Positions 7,201 to 16,630 are shown, numbered from the stretch's first letter. The stretch: 35,228 nt of DNA from a virus (IMGVR_UViG_3300031787_000438:1-35228); one strand, 5' to 3'. Notes: generated by a model not told the origin, from the letters alone. Numbers and translations: made by a program.

Positions 7201-9309
7201 CATCTGCGCGCGGCGGTCGGCGGCGTTCTTCTCGATCTCGTCGAGCACGGCCTTCAAGCCCTCGTCGGCCGGCAGTTCGTCGTCGAGGCGCTTGTCCATC
7301 CAGTCAAGCAAGCGCTGCTGCTGGCGGGTCAGTTCCGCCAGCTCGGCAATTTCGTTCACGCTAAGCCCGGCTTCATCAGGCAAGAGATTGTCGAGCAGGA
7401 CAATCTGCTTGTCAGGATTAAACACAATAAAAACGTCCGACGCCGCGCCAATCATGTTCTTGGTGGCAGGGTCGCTAATGCTCCTCAGGATCAGCCCGTC
7501 AGCGCCATGCTGCCGAGCCAACGGGATCAGTTGGGGGTTGATAATCGACCAGTTGTTGAACGTGCCAAACACCTCGGCAAAGTCCAGCTGCTGCCCATTT
7601 GGCAGCGTCACTGTCTTGGTCGCATTATCGTATTCCAGCGGGCGCTGAAGATTAAGATGCGCCTCGCGGACAACACCATCGCCGCCGCCCGCTTTGGCAT
7701 AATCATCAGCCAGTTCTGAATTGGCGGTAAACCAGACTGCACCACGCTCAGATGCCTTCTGCTTAAGCGCGGTATCACCCCAATCAAACGTCAGCATCAG
7801 CTGGCGCACAGCCTTAGAAAGCGGGGTTTCCTTGCGGCCCCGCCCCTTGAACTTGTCAAAGTTTTCGCTTGTGCCGTGAAATACCACCAGCGGCTTGTCG
7901 TCAGGTCCGACCACCCGCGTCCCGGCAACCGATGCGGTAAGTTCTGCGCGGCGCGTAGCGCGCCGTTCTGCCTTGACGGTTTGCCCTTTGGCAGACAGTT
8001 CCTCAAACCGGGCGATCATCTGCCGACCGCGCTCGGCACGCCGAGAAAGCAGCTTCTTGAAGCCCTCAGCCGATCGAATGGCGCCGGAAGCCACGCCCTT
8101 CTCCATTGCTTCATCAAAGAAGCCACGCACCAAGTCTGCGCCCTCTTTGACAAACGGGTTGTCCGCCTCGATCCGGTCTGACTTGTGCGCCCGGAAGATT
8201 GCGTCCTTGAACTCCTCGTAATTCAACTTGCCATCAGCGCGGCTCCCCTTGCCAAAGAACTCGGCGATCTTCTGCGGTGCCGTGGCAAGGTTCAGGCCCA
8301 TGACCTGCATCCCGCCATCGCCGCCTGTCAGGTAGCGCGAATAGATCTGGTTGAGCTTGACGCTGAAATCAGCCGCTTGCCCGCGCCACAGCTGCGAAGC
8401 AAGATAAGCGGACATTTCAGTTGGCAGCTGCTGCCGGTTACGCGCCGACAGCGTGCCGTAGTCACCGGCCACAGCATCGGCAAAGTCCTCGACCGCGCGC
8501 ACGCCCAGGTTCTTGAGCCGCCCCCACAGGGTTATCTTGGTCTGGTTTTCCAGCCCATAAGCAGGCGCAACGCCCACCGCCGCATCGCCACTTGGACGCG
8601 CGACAAAGCCCGTGCCTGACTGAATGATTGGCTCGGCATCGCTGGCAGTCTGGCCCAGCGGGCCGCGCTCCATGACCTTGAGCTCAGCGGCAAAGCGTTC
8701 GCCCAGGTCGCGCGCATTGGCCCGGCCATAAGCCCCGACCGCGCCCGACAGCACGCCGCCAAATAGCGTCCCATAAAGAACATTGTTCCAGCTTTCCTCG
8801 GCGGTAGCCGTAGGATCGACCTGTTGGCGCAGCAGCTCCTCGGCGGTCAACGTTGCGCCAAAACCGGCGCCACCCTTAAGCACGCCCTTGGCAAAGCCTG
8901 CGCCCATCACACCCGGCAGCGGGATCACGTTGACCGGGTTTAATAGCTCGGACAGCATCAGGCCGCCAAAGCCCAGGTTGGCCTCGACGTTGGCGCGGCG
9001 CTGCTTGTTCTTGTCGATCCGCGCCTTCATCGCATCGGCTTCGGCACGGTGATAGGTATGGATAAACTCGTCGGTGTAGGCTTCGTAGCCTTTGAGGTAA
9101 TCGCCCTCGTAAGGGTTGAAGCGGCCGCCATCAGTGCCGGCCATCAGCATGTCATAGGTGCGCCCAGCAGTCTGATAGACCGGCTGCAGCGTGACCGCAT
9201 CCCACAGCGCGCTTCCCCAGGTTGACCAGCTATCGTCGGGCGCGTTGAGCGGCGCGACAGGAAGATTGTCGCCAACGTAGAGCGGCGTGTCTTGCTTACC
9301 CTCAGCCAC
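4213..9309 (-). CDS. Large internal virion (ejection) protein, polyvalent, with two ADP-ribosyltransferase-like modules
   Basis: 1698 aa in the gp16-equivalent position. Module 1: KPLVVFHGT..GAVWFT..A..YA..L....PL..DG.I....VFIVFNP (ART-PolyVal-like). Module 2: VYHGT..GVSF..A.DYA..VVFEID. Confidence 0.8.
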   Translation of the reverse strand: MAEGKQDTPLYVGDNLPVAPLNAPDDSWSTWGSALWDAVTLQPVYQTAGRTYDMLMAGTDGGRFNPYEGDYLKGYEAYTDEFIHTYHRAEADAMKARIDKNKQRRANVEANLGFGGLMLSELLNPVNVIPLPGVMGAGFAKGVLKGGAGFGATLTAEELLRQQVDPTATAEESWNNVLYGTLFGGVLSGAVGAYGRANARDLGERFAAELKVMERGPLGQTASDAEPIIQSGTGFVARPSGDAAVGVAPAYGLENQTKITLWGRLKNLGVRAVEDFADAVAGDYGTLSARNRQQLPTEMSAYLASQLWRGQAADFSVKLNQIYSRYLTGGDGGMQVMGLNLATAPQKIAEFFGKGSRADGKLNYEEFKDAIFRAHKSDRIEADNPFVKEGADLVRGFFDEAMEKGVASGAIRSAEGFKKLLSRRAERGRQMIARFEELSAKGQTVKAERRATRRAELTASVAGTRVVGPDDKPLVVFHGTSENFDKFKGRGRKETPLSKAVRQLMLTFDWGDTALKQKASERGAVWFTANSELADDYAKAGGGDGVVREAHLNLQRPLEYDNATKTVTLPNGQQLDFAEVFGTFNNWSIINPQLIPLARQHGADGLILRSISDPATKNMIGAASDVFIVFNPDKQIVLLDNLLPDEAGLSVNEIAELAELTRQQQRLLDWMDKRLDDELPADEGLKAVLDEIEKNAADRRAQMEATRNDLLAKGEKRREDTEQLLADVQATIAARIDKDEKLLAYFNQKEEQIGLTDGERAYRDDIAERIWSNDGGGSPAQQMLQQRLREALAGVDARAQEAMAQLDGFDFSYNPDAKIGATVYHGTREDLTTFVDADGNLVLRPSENFGGKQQGVSFAAERNLAADYATRGGPANPDASQAALNQMDPIDEAVLKHSKRLRPADLFDPTKVRQDNLFAAVIDPKGRIWELNFDEGRGDHAGFAGALAEAYTRAGQEAGADAAAGLDKYVLLRNYSDQYAIDISQHATQRQRDVLAAIDQLAKRNGAQLDVNDFIARPLDPTQASASSARDVRGAVVFEIDTAALPKLDPETMGEAFAKTDGDVVIPAGRWKATDAITGKAIDLDAKADGTSFLTGKQRDYLDRLEQRLAGAIDRYEGPKNEANYISRVWDIDQVRQDPQRLTQILFDWFKKNPLPGASMNDGAIMRRAEEAVSQIMREAELGEMQIMKGGGASFLSSRKIDIPNELVADFLVTDVEHIVRNYAHRFGLVQEFSRKFGTFDAEDAIDDVILQSARELQFADLANAEAQLGRLRQDMGELRDTVTGAIYSTDPAMMNKRRIAAGLRAYGTVTSLGRSALSSVPELGRGIMVNGFMRTFGFALDILGNREAWGKISGELARLTGEGFDMVLSSVMDRFVEQGGPLGAATGKVGRLAQKGTNFVNGPYFLLNGLAAITDITKRLNLTFINQFMIEDMAKLVQTGDAKLAERLASYGLSADDARRIVQEMPVERQGQMYLPNVGEWSDGDLATRYLTAVTGMSRRIVPTAGPADVPMIAKGFIAGREFPLLTMPFQFMQYGFAAINKVTLSALQGRDQSPVAGLAIIMGLAWVAQNLKTDDQQWHRMPVEEKLLRVADASGVLGLYQDIPNKLEILSGGRVGVRPMLGMEPFNKGENYADYADIGGPAVGKIADLTRVMSGDDMTDREMAGIIRRSIPLNDVLWWRDSFIEAERYAFEAVED

Positions 9310-11995
9310 GGCTCAGCCACCGCTTGGCCTGAGGCAAGTGGTCACGAAGCATCCGTTGCACATGGCTACGCACAGTGTCCTTGCCTCCGTTGTCACTGGC
9401 CCCATAACGACCGGGCGATCCAGCATTGATCGTCGAGTAAAGATCAAGAATGTTCATGCCGCGCTTGAAGCCGCGCTCGCGCAGGAAGCTGCCAATTGCC
9501 TGCGCCCACTGCTGGGGAGTGGCGTCCTCATAACGCTTGCCGCCGAGCAAGGGCTTTAAGTGCTTCTCGCGCTCAGGTCCGCCAAACTGGATCAGGCCAA
9601 AATGATTGTTGTCCTTGCCGCCCCACACATCGGGATCAAACTTGCCGCCCGTTTCATAAGAAATGACGGTAGCCACATGATCTGGCCGCAGCCCAAACTC
9701 AGAAGCAATAGCCCGAGCGACACCCGGCCAGTTGTTGGCCGCGCCACCCAGTATGCGCCCCTGCGCCTCTGGCGGTGCAACGTCGCGCACATCGACGTTG
9801 AACTTGAATGGGCCAGCAGCAGCTTCATCGCGAGCAGCTTTGAGACTGGCAGGTAATCCACCCACCACAGATGGATCTAGCCCACCCCCGCTTCCCGGCA
9901 TGTAAGTGCGCGGCGCAGCGCTCTTGATGCGCTCATCACGTTGCCACTTAGCGGCATCCCGGCTCTTGAAGTGGGCATCGACCTGGCGCTGCAGCTTGGC
10001 TTGTGCCCGACCAAACTCAAGCTGGATCGGCATACCCTGCTTGTCCATGAACACGGTCGGCGGGTTGCCTTTCTCCGGATCGAAATACATGATCGCATAC
10101 TGCTGGCCGCCAGCGCCACTCTTGCGGCCGGTCGGCTGTAGCCAGACGTTCTTGCCAAGCATTAGGTCCTTTTGCTCAGGCATCCCCGGCAACTGCTGAC
10201 CACCCCAATTCTTGATCGCCTCGCCAACATAGGGAGCGACCCAGGCATCCGTCTGCTGGCTCGGGTTCTTCCAGTCGCGCACAGTCGGGACCATTCGGTC
10301 CTTCTCAATCCAGGCATCGCCACCCTTGCGGGCATTGGTGAGCGCACTGTCGAGCGTGTAGCGGCTCTGTGTCCAGCCCGCTTTGAAGCGCACCCCGGCC
10401 GACTTGCGGGCGGTGTCGATATCGACGCCCATTGCCACCTGCTGCGCAACGTCCAGCTGGATCGCGTCTTGTGCCTGCGGGTTGAGCGTGGCCCAGCGCA
10501 CACCCACCTCGTCGTCGAGACGGTCGAACAGGATGGCATTGTCCTTGTAGCCGCCAACCTCACGCAGCTTGGCACGCAGCTCATCACTTGGTTTGCCTAG
10601 CCCCGCGCTGGTCGCGGTGCGCGCGCGGGCAATAGCATCAGCCGGGCTTGCTCCCATCCGGCGAGCCGCCGAAAAGTGATAAAGGTAAGCGCTATCCTCG
10701 GGCTTGAGCAACGTCTCGGCAATGTTGACGTTCTGCCCGTCCCGGCCCAGCATGTTCTGCATGGTCTGGTAGAGCGGCAGGATCCGTTCAAGCTCGGCAC
10801 CGGTGCGCGCACTCATGTTGCTGAATGCCTGCTTATACATTTCGTCAGGCAGGTCAGGCGAACGGTGGTAAGCCCGGACCACACCTTCCGGCGACATGAG
10901 ATCCACGCCTTCCATTGCGGCCCACGCCTGCCAGGCGCCAGCCTTCTCCTCGCCGCTTACGCCATAAGCAAAGTTACCGCCCAGCGGCACAGAGGCAAAG
11001 ATATCGAACGCCTCATTCTTCTTCTCGTCCTCGGCCTCCTCCGCTCGAGCCATGCTTTCACGCTGGCCAATCTTCTGTTCCAACATGGTTCGCACCTTGC
11101 TGTCAGGGATCAGGGCGCGCAGCTTCTCGCCATTATACTCCTTGCCGCCAACGATCACGGTCCAGTCTGGATTGTCGTTCTCGTTGAGCATCAGCATTAG
11201 CTTTTGCAGATCATCGGCAAACAGGGTGCCTTCGCCCATGTCGCCGCGGACTTCCTTCATAAAGGCACCGCCAGCTGCAATGCTGGTAAAGCTGCCCTCC
11301 AGTGCCGCCAGTTCTTCCGGCGTGCGCATCCGTAGCTGGACAAGCCGCTCCATTGCTGCTTTGGCTTCACCCTTGAGCCGGTCGCCTTCAGCCGCACTGC
11401 CGATAGTATAGGCTTCAAACGCATCGCTTGAGGACTTCTCAACCTTGGCAGCAAAGCCGCGCTCCATCAGTTCCGTTTCTTGCCGGAGCCATGCGTTGCT
11501 GGAAGCCAGGTCGCGCTGAAGAACCTCCCGGTTAAGCGCCTCCATCACCTCGGCTTCGACAAACGGATCAACCGCGCCAAGCACACCCGAGACATAGTTC
11601 TCAGCAAGATTGCGGCGATCTTCCGGCGTCAGGCCGATGTTGGCCGGGTCCGAATAGATCTTGTTGAACTCTACCTGTGCATCATAGACAATCAGGTCTT
11701 TGTATTGATCGCGCTTAGCCGCATCGAAGGCTGCAACATAGGCATCGCCGCCGCCCTTTGGCGCATCGGGCATGACATAGTTGCCGTTCTCGTCCTTGCC
11801 GATCACGGTGCGCGCGGCATCAACCGTGCCTTGCTCGATTGCTTTGCGCTTGAGGCGCGGCTCCATGACCTGCATGGCAGTCCCGGCCAGGCCGGTGATT
11901 GCATCGCCCACATCGGCAATGCGACCAACACCCTGCTGGGTAATCCCGGCACCATCCGGAATGCCAATGCGCTGGCGGAAAGGTTCAATTGCCAT
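9302..11995 (-). CDS. Internal virion protein with C-terminal lytic transglycosylase/lysozyme-like domain
   Basis: 897 aa, helical; C-terminal VISYETGG...GLIQF...DLYSTINAG matches the SLT-like catalytic Glu motif. Confidence 0.8.
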   Translation of the reverse strand: MAIEPFRQRIGIPDGAGITQQGVGRIADVGDAITGLAGTAMQVMEPRLKRKAIEQGTVDAARTVIGKDENGNYVMPDAPKGGGDAYVAAFDAAKRDQYKDLIVYDAQVEFNKIYSDPANIGLTPEDRRNLAENYVSGVLGAVDPFVEAEVMEALNREVLQRDLASSNAWLRQETELMERGFAAKVEKSSSDAFEAYTIGSAAEGDRLKGEAKAAMERLVQLRMRTPEELAALEGSFTSIAAGGAFMKEVRGDMGEGTLFADDLQKLMLMLNENDNPDWTVIVGGKEYNGEKLRALIPDSKVRTMLEQKIGQRESMARAEEAEDEKKNEAFDIFASVPLGGNFAYGVSGEEKAGAWQAWAAMEGVDLMSPEGVVRAYHRSPDLPDEMYKQAFSNMSARTGAELERILPLYQTMQNMLGRDGQNVNIAETLLKPEDSAYLYHFSAARRMGASPADAIARARTATSAGLGKPSDELRAKLREVGGYKDNAILFDRLDDEVGVRWATLNPQAQDAIQLDVAQQVAMGVDIDTARKSAGVRFKAGWTQSRYTLDSALTNARKGGDAWIEKDRMVPTVRDWKNPSQQTDAWVAPYVGEAIKNWGGQQLPGMPEQKDLMLGKNVWLQPTGRKSGAGGQQYAIMYFDPEKGNPPTVFMDKQGMPIQLEFGRAQAKLQRQVDAHFKSRDAAKWQRDERIKSAAPRTYMPGSGGGLDPSVVGGLPASLKAARDEAAAGPFKFNVDVRDVAPPEAQGRILGGAANNWPGVARAIASEFGLRPDHVATVISYETGGKFDPDVWGGKDNNHFGLIQFGGPEREKHLKPLLGGKRYEDATPQQWAQAIGSFLRERGFKRGMNILDLYSTINAGSPGRYGASDNGGKDTVRSHVQRMLRDHLPQAKRWLSRG

Positions 11996-12561
11996 CAGTT
12001 GCCTCGCGTCACTACAATGTCACCGGGATTGCCACCAGTCGTGGCTGTGCCGCGCGGCGTGGCCTTCGGTGTGTTGTAGGTCTGGTAGAAGTTGCCGATC
12101 TGCGCCGCGCTGCCGGCAAAGTTGATCAGTGAACCCGCGATCGAAGCCGTCTTGTTCATGCCCACAATGTCACGGTTGAGCCGGTTGACCCGGATCTCGT
12201 CAGCCATGCGGTTCTGCCCGCCCAGGAAACCAAGCCGGATATTGGCAAGGTCTGTGCGCAGCGCCTTCTCCTCAGCTGGCGCAATGCCCTGCAAGAAGCT
12301 CATGTTCTCACCAACGCCCGACGCAGCCAGTGCCGCAAGGTTGGCAGCGCGCTGGCGGCGGTAATCTTCTGCCCGCTGCACAGCGGCTTCCTGCGCCTGC
12401 AACGCCTCCATCTGGCGCTGCTCGAGCATCTGCTTGCGCTGCAAGTCCAGCATGTCCTGCTGGGCCCGCGCATTGGCGCTTGCCGCCGAAATCGAAACGA
12501 CCGTGCCAGCTGCTGCTGTAGCTAGGCTGGCAATTGCCAGAACCGTTGCTGAAATGCACAT
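11995..12561 (-). CDS. Internal virion protein (T7 gp14-like)
   Basis: MC- start, hydrophobic Ala-rich N-terminus, Gln-rich coiled coil, AASG motif; syntenic position. Confidence 0.7.
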   Translation of the reverse strand: MCISATVLAIASLATAAAGTVVSISAASANARAQQDMLDLQRKQMLEQRQMEALQAQEAAVQRAEDYRRQRAANLAALAASGVGENMSFLQGIAPAEEKALRTDLANIRLGFLGGQNRMADEIRVNRLNRDIVGMNKTASIAGSLINFAGSAAQIGNFYQTYNTPKATPRGTATTGGNPGDIVVTRGN

Positions 12562-14720
12562 CAGACCATTACCTCCAGCTGCAAGCCGATGATCGTGCAG
12601 GCCAACGGTTCGCTCTGCGTGATCGTGACGACTGCGTTTTTCTGCCAGCCCAGCAGCCAGAACTCGTAAGTGCCAGTGACGGGATCAGGTGCGAGTGATA
12701 GATCATCGGTCACTTGTCGCAGGATCAGGCGGTTGCCATCAATGGACACGGCTAGCGTCGAGTGCAGCCCGACGATCACCCGGTTGATCCGCTTGGGAAT
12801 GCCCATCATTGGGCCGGTTGCCAGCTGCACATTAATCGGCAGGATCTCGACCGCAAAGGTGTAGTCATAACCCACCGTGATCTCGGTCACGGACACCGGC
12901 AGGGTTAGCTCGCCAGCACCGCCAACCGTGAAGGTGCCAAGGTGCAGCCCGCCCGAATTGACCGCCACGGTCTTGCCGAAATAGATCGCCCCCACCGTCC
13001 AGCTGTCGCTTGCGGCCCCGGTGTAGATAGTCGCCCCGTCCAGCGCCTGTCCGCGATCGGCCGAAACAGCCTCAAGCCGGTAGGTTCCGCCGCGCAGCAC
13101 GGAGAAATAGATCGTTTCGCCCACCACGCAGACGCTATCGAAGCTGCCAGCCGTATCCCACGGCGTCCACCCAGCCAGGTTCTCAGCGCGGGCCGAATGA
13201 AACACCGCCGCCTTGCCAGTCTCGTTGACCAGCAAGGCATACTGCTCAGAGCGATCGGTAGTGCCGAACAACACCGCCATGTCCTGTGGCTGGCTGACAA
13301 TGTGCGAGGAGAGGATGTTGAGGTTGGTGCTCTCGTAGCCGCCGCGCGCCTCGTTATACATGAACTCGCGCACCGCAGTCCCACTGCCCTGCACATAGAG
13401 CGTTGCTCCGTCCAAGGGGAGCGGGCAGACCGACGAGCAACCATAGGGCGTCTGCCGGCGAATGCGCATCGTCACCGGCGTCAGGGTGCCGTTGTTGGGC
13501 GGCGGCGCAAAGAACTCACCCAGGGCCGTGAAGATCAGCAGATCGCGGTGGCTGACAAGGTGGCGAATGTTGGAGATATCCTCCGCCCCCACCGTCACCT
13601 GGATGCTGTCGCTATCCAGCCCCTCGCCCACATCGAAGTTGAAATACTGGTAGATTACCGAGGACCACAGCCCGTCAGGAATGCCGGTCGTGCCGCCGAA
13701 CCACAGCCGCCCCTCATGGAAGCAGACCGCGCCCGGCCAGCCATTGCGTTCGCAGAACACCGGCTCTGTCCAGTCGGTCGTGGCAATTGCCGAGCCGGTA
13801 TATTGGACCGAAGGCCCGCCGCCATCCTCGCCAATCGTGGCGCTGCCGGCCGTGCTGATCGAATAGCGGTTGTCGTCCAGCACCGTAATCGTGAAGGTGC
13901 CATTGAGCTGGGCAGAAGTAACCCCGCCAACATCCGACGCGCCGCTGATCGTGATGCTGGCCCCGGTAGCAAAGCCATGCGCAACATGCGTGACCTCGAC
14001 CACGCCTGAGCCCAGGTTGGTGCGGAACGGATCCGGTTCGTAGCGCCCGACGATCGTGCCCTGCACCGTGGCTGTCAGGACAGTGGTGCTGGTGTAGCCG
14101 GTGACAGCAAGCTCGACATCCTTCCAGCGCAGCCGCTGGCCCACCATGTCAGAGGTGAACACGGCAGCATTGGCGGTGACGGTGACAGAACCTGTCACCC
14201 CTGAGCAGCTGATCGTGACCGGATCATCGACAAACTTGTAGTAGGGCTGGTAGATCTTCTGGCCGTTCGACGCCTGCGTGAAAGCAAAATCAGCCACGGT
14301 AAAGGTGGACAGGCCGGTGCGCTTGATCACCTGCGGCGACCACGCCTGATGGCAAACAAGCATCGTGTCCGCGACCTGGGTATAGGTCAGCTCGAACAGC
14401 TCGTCGGTGGTCCAGTTGCAGCCGCTCGTCACGCTGGTCAGCAGCGCGCCAGCTAGCGAATACACATCAAGCCGCCCGTTCGACAGGCACAGAACGTAGC
14501 GCTCAGCAGCCGAAAACTCGAAGGCCAGCAGCCGGCCACGGCCAGCAAGGTTGGCAAGGTGCAGGGTGCCAGGGCGCCGCGCCACACCGCCCGTCGAGAG
14601 CAGCATCCCGTTGCGCAGCGACTTGGCCCCGTTCTGGTAGGCCCCGGTATCCACGCGGAACAGCATCAGCGGATCCAGCTCACCGCTCGAGAAGTTGGTC
14701 TGGAGCTGGTGGATCGGCAT
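12561..14720 (-). CDS. Tail tubular protein B / nozzle
   Basis: QTNFSSGELDP..R.D N-terminus, GGVARRPG and WP.AV.FHEGRLWFGG motifs. Confidence 0.9.
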   Translation of the reverse strand: MPIHQLQTNFSSGELDPLMLFRVDTGAYQNGAKSLRNGMLLSTGGVARRPGTLHLANLAGRGRLLAFEFSAAERYVLCLSNGRLDVYSLAGALLTSVTSGCNWTTDELFELTYTQVADTMLVCHQAWSPQVIKRTGLSTFTVADFAFTQASNGQKIYQPYYKFVDDPVTISCSGVTGSVTVTANAAVFTSDMVGQRLRWKDVELAVTGYTSTTVLTATVQGTIVGRYEPDPFRTNLGSGVVEVTHVAHGFATGASITISGASDVGGVTSAQLNGTFTITVLDDNRYSISTAGSATIGEDGGGPSVQYTGSAIATTDWTEPVFCERNGWPGAVCFHEGRLWFGGTTGIPDGLWSSVIYQYFNFDVGEGLDSDSIQVTVGAEDISNIRHLVSHRDLLIFTALGEFFAPPPNNGTLTPVTMRIRRQTPYGCSSVCPLPLDGATLYVQGSGTAVREFMYNEARGGYESTNLNILSSHIVSQPQDMAVLFGTTDRSEQYALLVNETGKAAVFHSARAENLAGWTPWDTAGSFDSVCVVGETIYFSVLRGGTYRLEAVSADRGQALDGATIYTGAASDSWTVGAIYFGKTVAVNSGGLHLGTFTVGGAGELTLPVSVTEITVGYDYTFAVEILPINVQLATGPMMGIPKRINRVIVGLHSTLAVSIDGNRLILRQVTDDLSLAPDPVTGTYEFWLLGWQKNAVVTITQSEPLACTIIGLQLEVMV

Positions 14721-15313
14721 CAGCGGCCTCCTACACGGCTACGGCCCATCCGTCCGGTGATCAGGCCCTTGGTCGGCAGGTCTTGGCTGGTGCGCGCCTG
14801 CGCATCGAGGTTGCGGCACAAGGCGGCATGGCGCAGCGCGCGCTTGTCGAGCAGGTCAGCCAGGTCCGGCTTGGCCGCGATCGATAGAGCGAAGTGGCTG
14901 GCCATCTGGATTTGCAGCAGCATTGCAAACCACGGCGGAAAGCGTGCCTCGTCCACCCGGTAGACGCCTTCGAGATAGACCTCATCGTCAGCCTGGGCAT
15001 CGCAGAAGATGCGGTCCTCGTAACGGTCGAAGTCAATCGCGCGGTCATTCACCAGCACGGTTGCAGGCTGCAGGCATTCGGTTGGCAGCTGATAGGCCGC
15101 CGACCAGCGCGAAGCGGGCGCATCAACCAGTCGGTCAATCTGCTCGATGCCGGTGGCAAAGCGCCAGCGGTAGCGGGACAGGTGATCCTGCACCGTGCTT
15201 TCATACAGGTTGGCTGAAACCAGCGCCTCGGTCGTGCCATCCACAAACGAGGTAATGGGGGCAGCTCCCACCATCACCAGTCCCCGGGCGCAAATGTCGA
15301 TAGCCGTGCTCAT
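14720..15313 (-). CDS. Tail tubular protein A / adaptor
   Basis: IC..GL..VGA.PITSF.DGT.EA, W.FAT and AYQLP motifs. Confidence 0.85.
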   Translation of the reverse strand: MSTAIDICARGLVMVGAAPITSFVDGTTEALVSANLYESTVQDHLSRYRWRFATGIEQIDRLVDAPASRWSAAYQLPTECLQPATVLVNDRAIDFDRYEDRIFCDAQADDEVYLEGVYRVDEARFPPWFAMLLQIQMASHFALSIAAKPDLADLLDKRALRHAALCRNLDAQARTSQDLPTKGLITGRMGRSRVGGR

Positions 15314-15329
15314 GTCTCAGCTCCCAATG

Positions 15330-15365
15330 AAAAGGGCCGACCGCGGGAGAGGACGCGGCCGGCCC
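15330..15365 (-). terminator. Rho-independent terminator after the capsid genes
   Basis: Minus strand GGGCCGGCCGCG-TCCTCTCC-CGCGGTCGGCCC-TTTT. Confidence 0.75.
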
Positions 15366-15396
15366 AGTTCTGAAACCGCCTCAGGGCAGCTCCAAG

Positions 15397-15657
15397 TTAA
15401 GTGGCGGTGACGCCTTCGGTCGCGGTGGTCGTCACGGTCGCAGCGCCATCAGCACTGGTAACGGTGATCACATCGACCTTGGGGGTGCCGCCCGTTTCCG
15501 AGACAACGATGATAACATCCCACTGGCGCAGGTTGTCGGTCACAGCGTTGAAGTAACCCGAAGCAGTCACGGTGGCGATCGCGTCAGCGGTTTTGTAGAT
15601 GTGCAAGCCGGGGTTTGCGCCCGCGATCTTGAACAGCGAGGTTGCAGTCAGAGCCAT
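15397..15657 (-). CDS. Small capsid-associated (decoration/cement-like) protein
   Basis: 86 aa directly after the capsid gene; AGGAG RBS; YKTADAIATV..SGYFN motif. Confidence 0.6.
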   Translation of the reverse strand: MALTATSLFKIAGANPGLHIYKTADAIATVTASGYFNAVTDNLRQWDVIIVVSETGGTPKVDVITVTSADGAATVTTTATEGVTAT

Positions 15658-15669
15658 GTCGACTTCTCC

Positions 15670-16494
15670 TTAAGCGTCGTAGGCCTGGACCTCGAACACA
15701 CCAGTCGTGTCGATCAGGACAGCGCCCTGCGACATGTAGCTGGTGCCGAGGTGGGCGACCTTTTCGGGGATGTAGTTCAGTTCGGTAACGACTTCCGCGC
15801 CCGAAGCATGGCCGAGGCAGTTCTTGTGCCAGGCAAAGTTCTTGCGAATGCTCGTTGCAACCGGCAGACCCGAGTGGGTGAAGAACATGAAGCCCATCCA
15901 CCGACGCGCAACCATGCCGCCCTTGTAGGGCAGATCGTCCGAGCCAACGTAGTCCGCCGAGGCGAACGCAGCCAGGCCCAGCAGGTCGGTCCAGCCACCG
16001 GGGCTGATAGCAAAGTAACGCTCGCCATCATCGGGAATGTCGTTGTTCCCCATGGTTTCGAACACCACGTTGACCTTGGTCTGGTTGAGGCCGGTCGTGC
16101 CGCCTTCGCTCTGCGTGTTGCTGGTGGCGTCCAGCTGCGTGATGATCAGGTCATCGGTCTTGCGGCCGAGTGCAGCCGCAGCCGACTGCGTGACAACACC
16201 GCGCTCGTCGATATTGATCTTCAGCTCGTCGAGCTTGTCGATGTAATCGGCGGCGTAGTAGTCAGCCAGCGTGCATTCGACCGGGGTGTGGTCGATCGAC
16301 ATGACCGGCACGTTGCCGTGACGGGACTTGGTGCCAGCGCTGCCCTTGCCAACCTTCTGGAAGGTGGTCGAGGTGCCCTTAACGTTGTTCTTGTTGCGAA
16401 CGGTATTGCGGAGCTTGGAACCCATGCGCTGATAAGCCATGTGAACCTCGCTCTCGAACTGCTTCACGAACGCGTCGGAAATATCCATCGCCAT
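15670..16494 (-). CDS. Major capsid protein (BPP-1-like family)
   Basis: AFVKQFESEVH.AYQ..GSKLR and AAALGRKTDD.II motifs; true start is ATG 16494 after AAGGA (the longer track ORF is an extension). Confidence 0.92.
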   Translation of the reverse strand: MAMDISDAFVKQFESEVHMAYQRMGSKLRNTVRNKNNVKGTSTTFQKVGKGSAGTKSRHGNVPVMSIDHTPVECTLADYYAADYIDKLDELKINIDERGVVTQSAAAALGRKTDDLIITQLDATSNTQSEGGTTGLNQTKVNVVFETMGNNDIPDDGERYFAISPGGWTDLLGLAAFASADYVGSDDLPYKGGMVARRWMGFMFFTHSGLPVATSIRKNFAWHKNCLGHASGAEVVTELNYIPEKVAHLGTSYMSQGAVLIDTTGVFEVQAYDA

Positions 16495-16523
16495 GAGAAA
16501 TCCTTTCGAGGAAAGTGGGGTCC

Positions 16524-16585
16524 GGTTATCCGCTGCCTGGGTCTTGCCGGTTGTCCCTTGCGGGGCCAGTGTCGCCGTGCGGGCC
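16524..16585 (-). ncRNA. Structured 5' leader of the major capsid gene
   Basis: Two nested copies of a GG-C-CC.../...GG-AYAA-CC internal-loop motif; inner hairpin closed by a GCAA tetraloop. Confidence 0.5.
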
Positions 16586-16614
16586 TGAGCGTGATTTCGC
16601 GCGGGTCCGTGCTG

Positions 16615-16630
16615 GTCACAATGGACTAGT
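16615..16630 (-). promoter_or_regulatory. Late-promoter-like motif, copy 2
   Basis: Exact ACTAGTCCATTGTGAC upstream of the capsid leader; overlaps the TAG of the GNAT gene. Confidence 0.7.

Noticed and set aside
5554-7719. 721-aa plus-strand ORF, and other long antisense ORFs such as 12942-14009, 15601-16629 and 34014-34916
   Set aside because: Shadow frames opposite well-supported genes in high-GC DNA; no RBS or motifs
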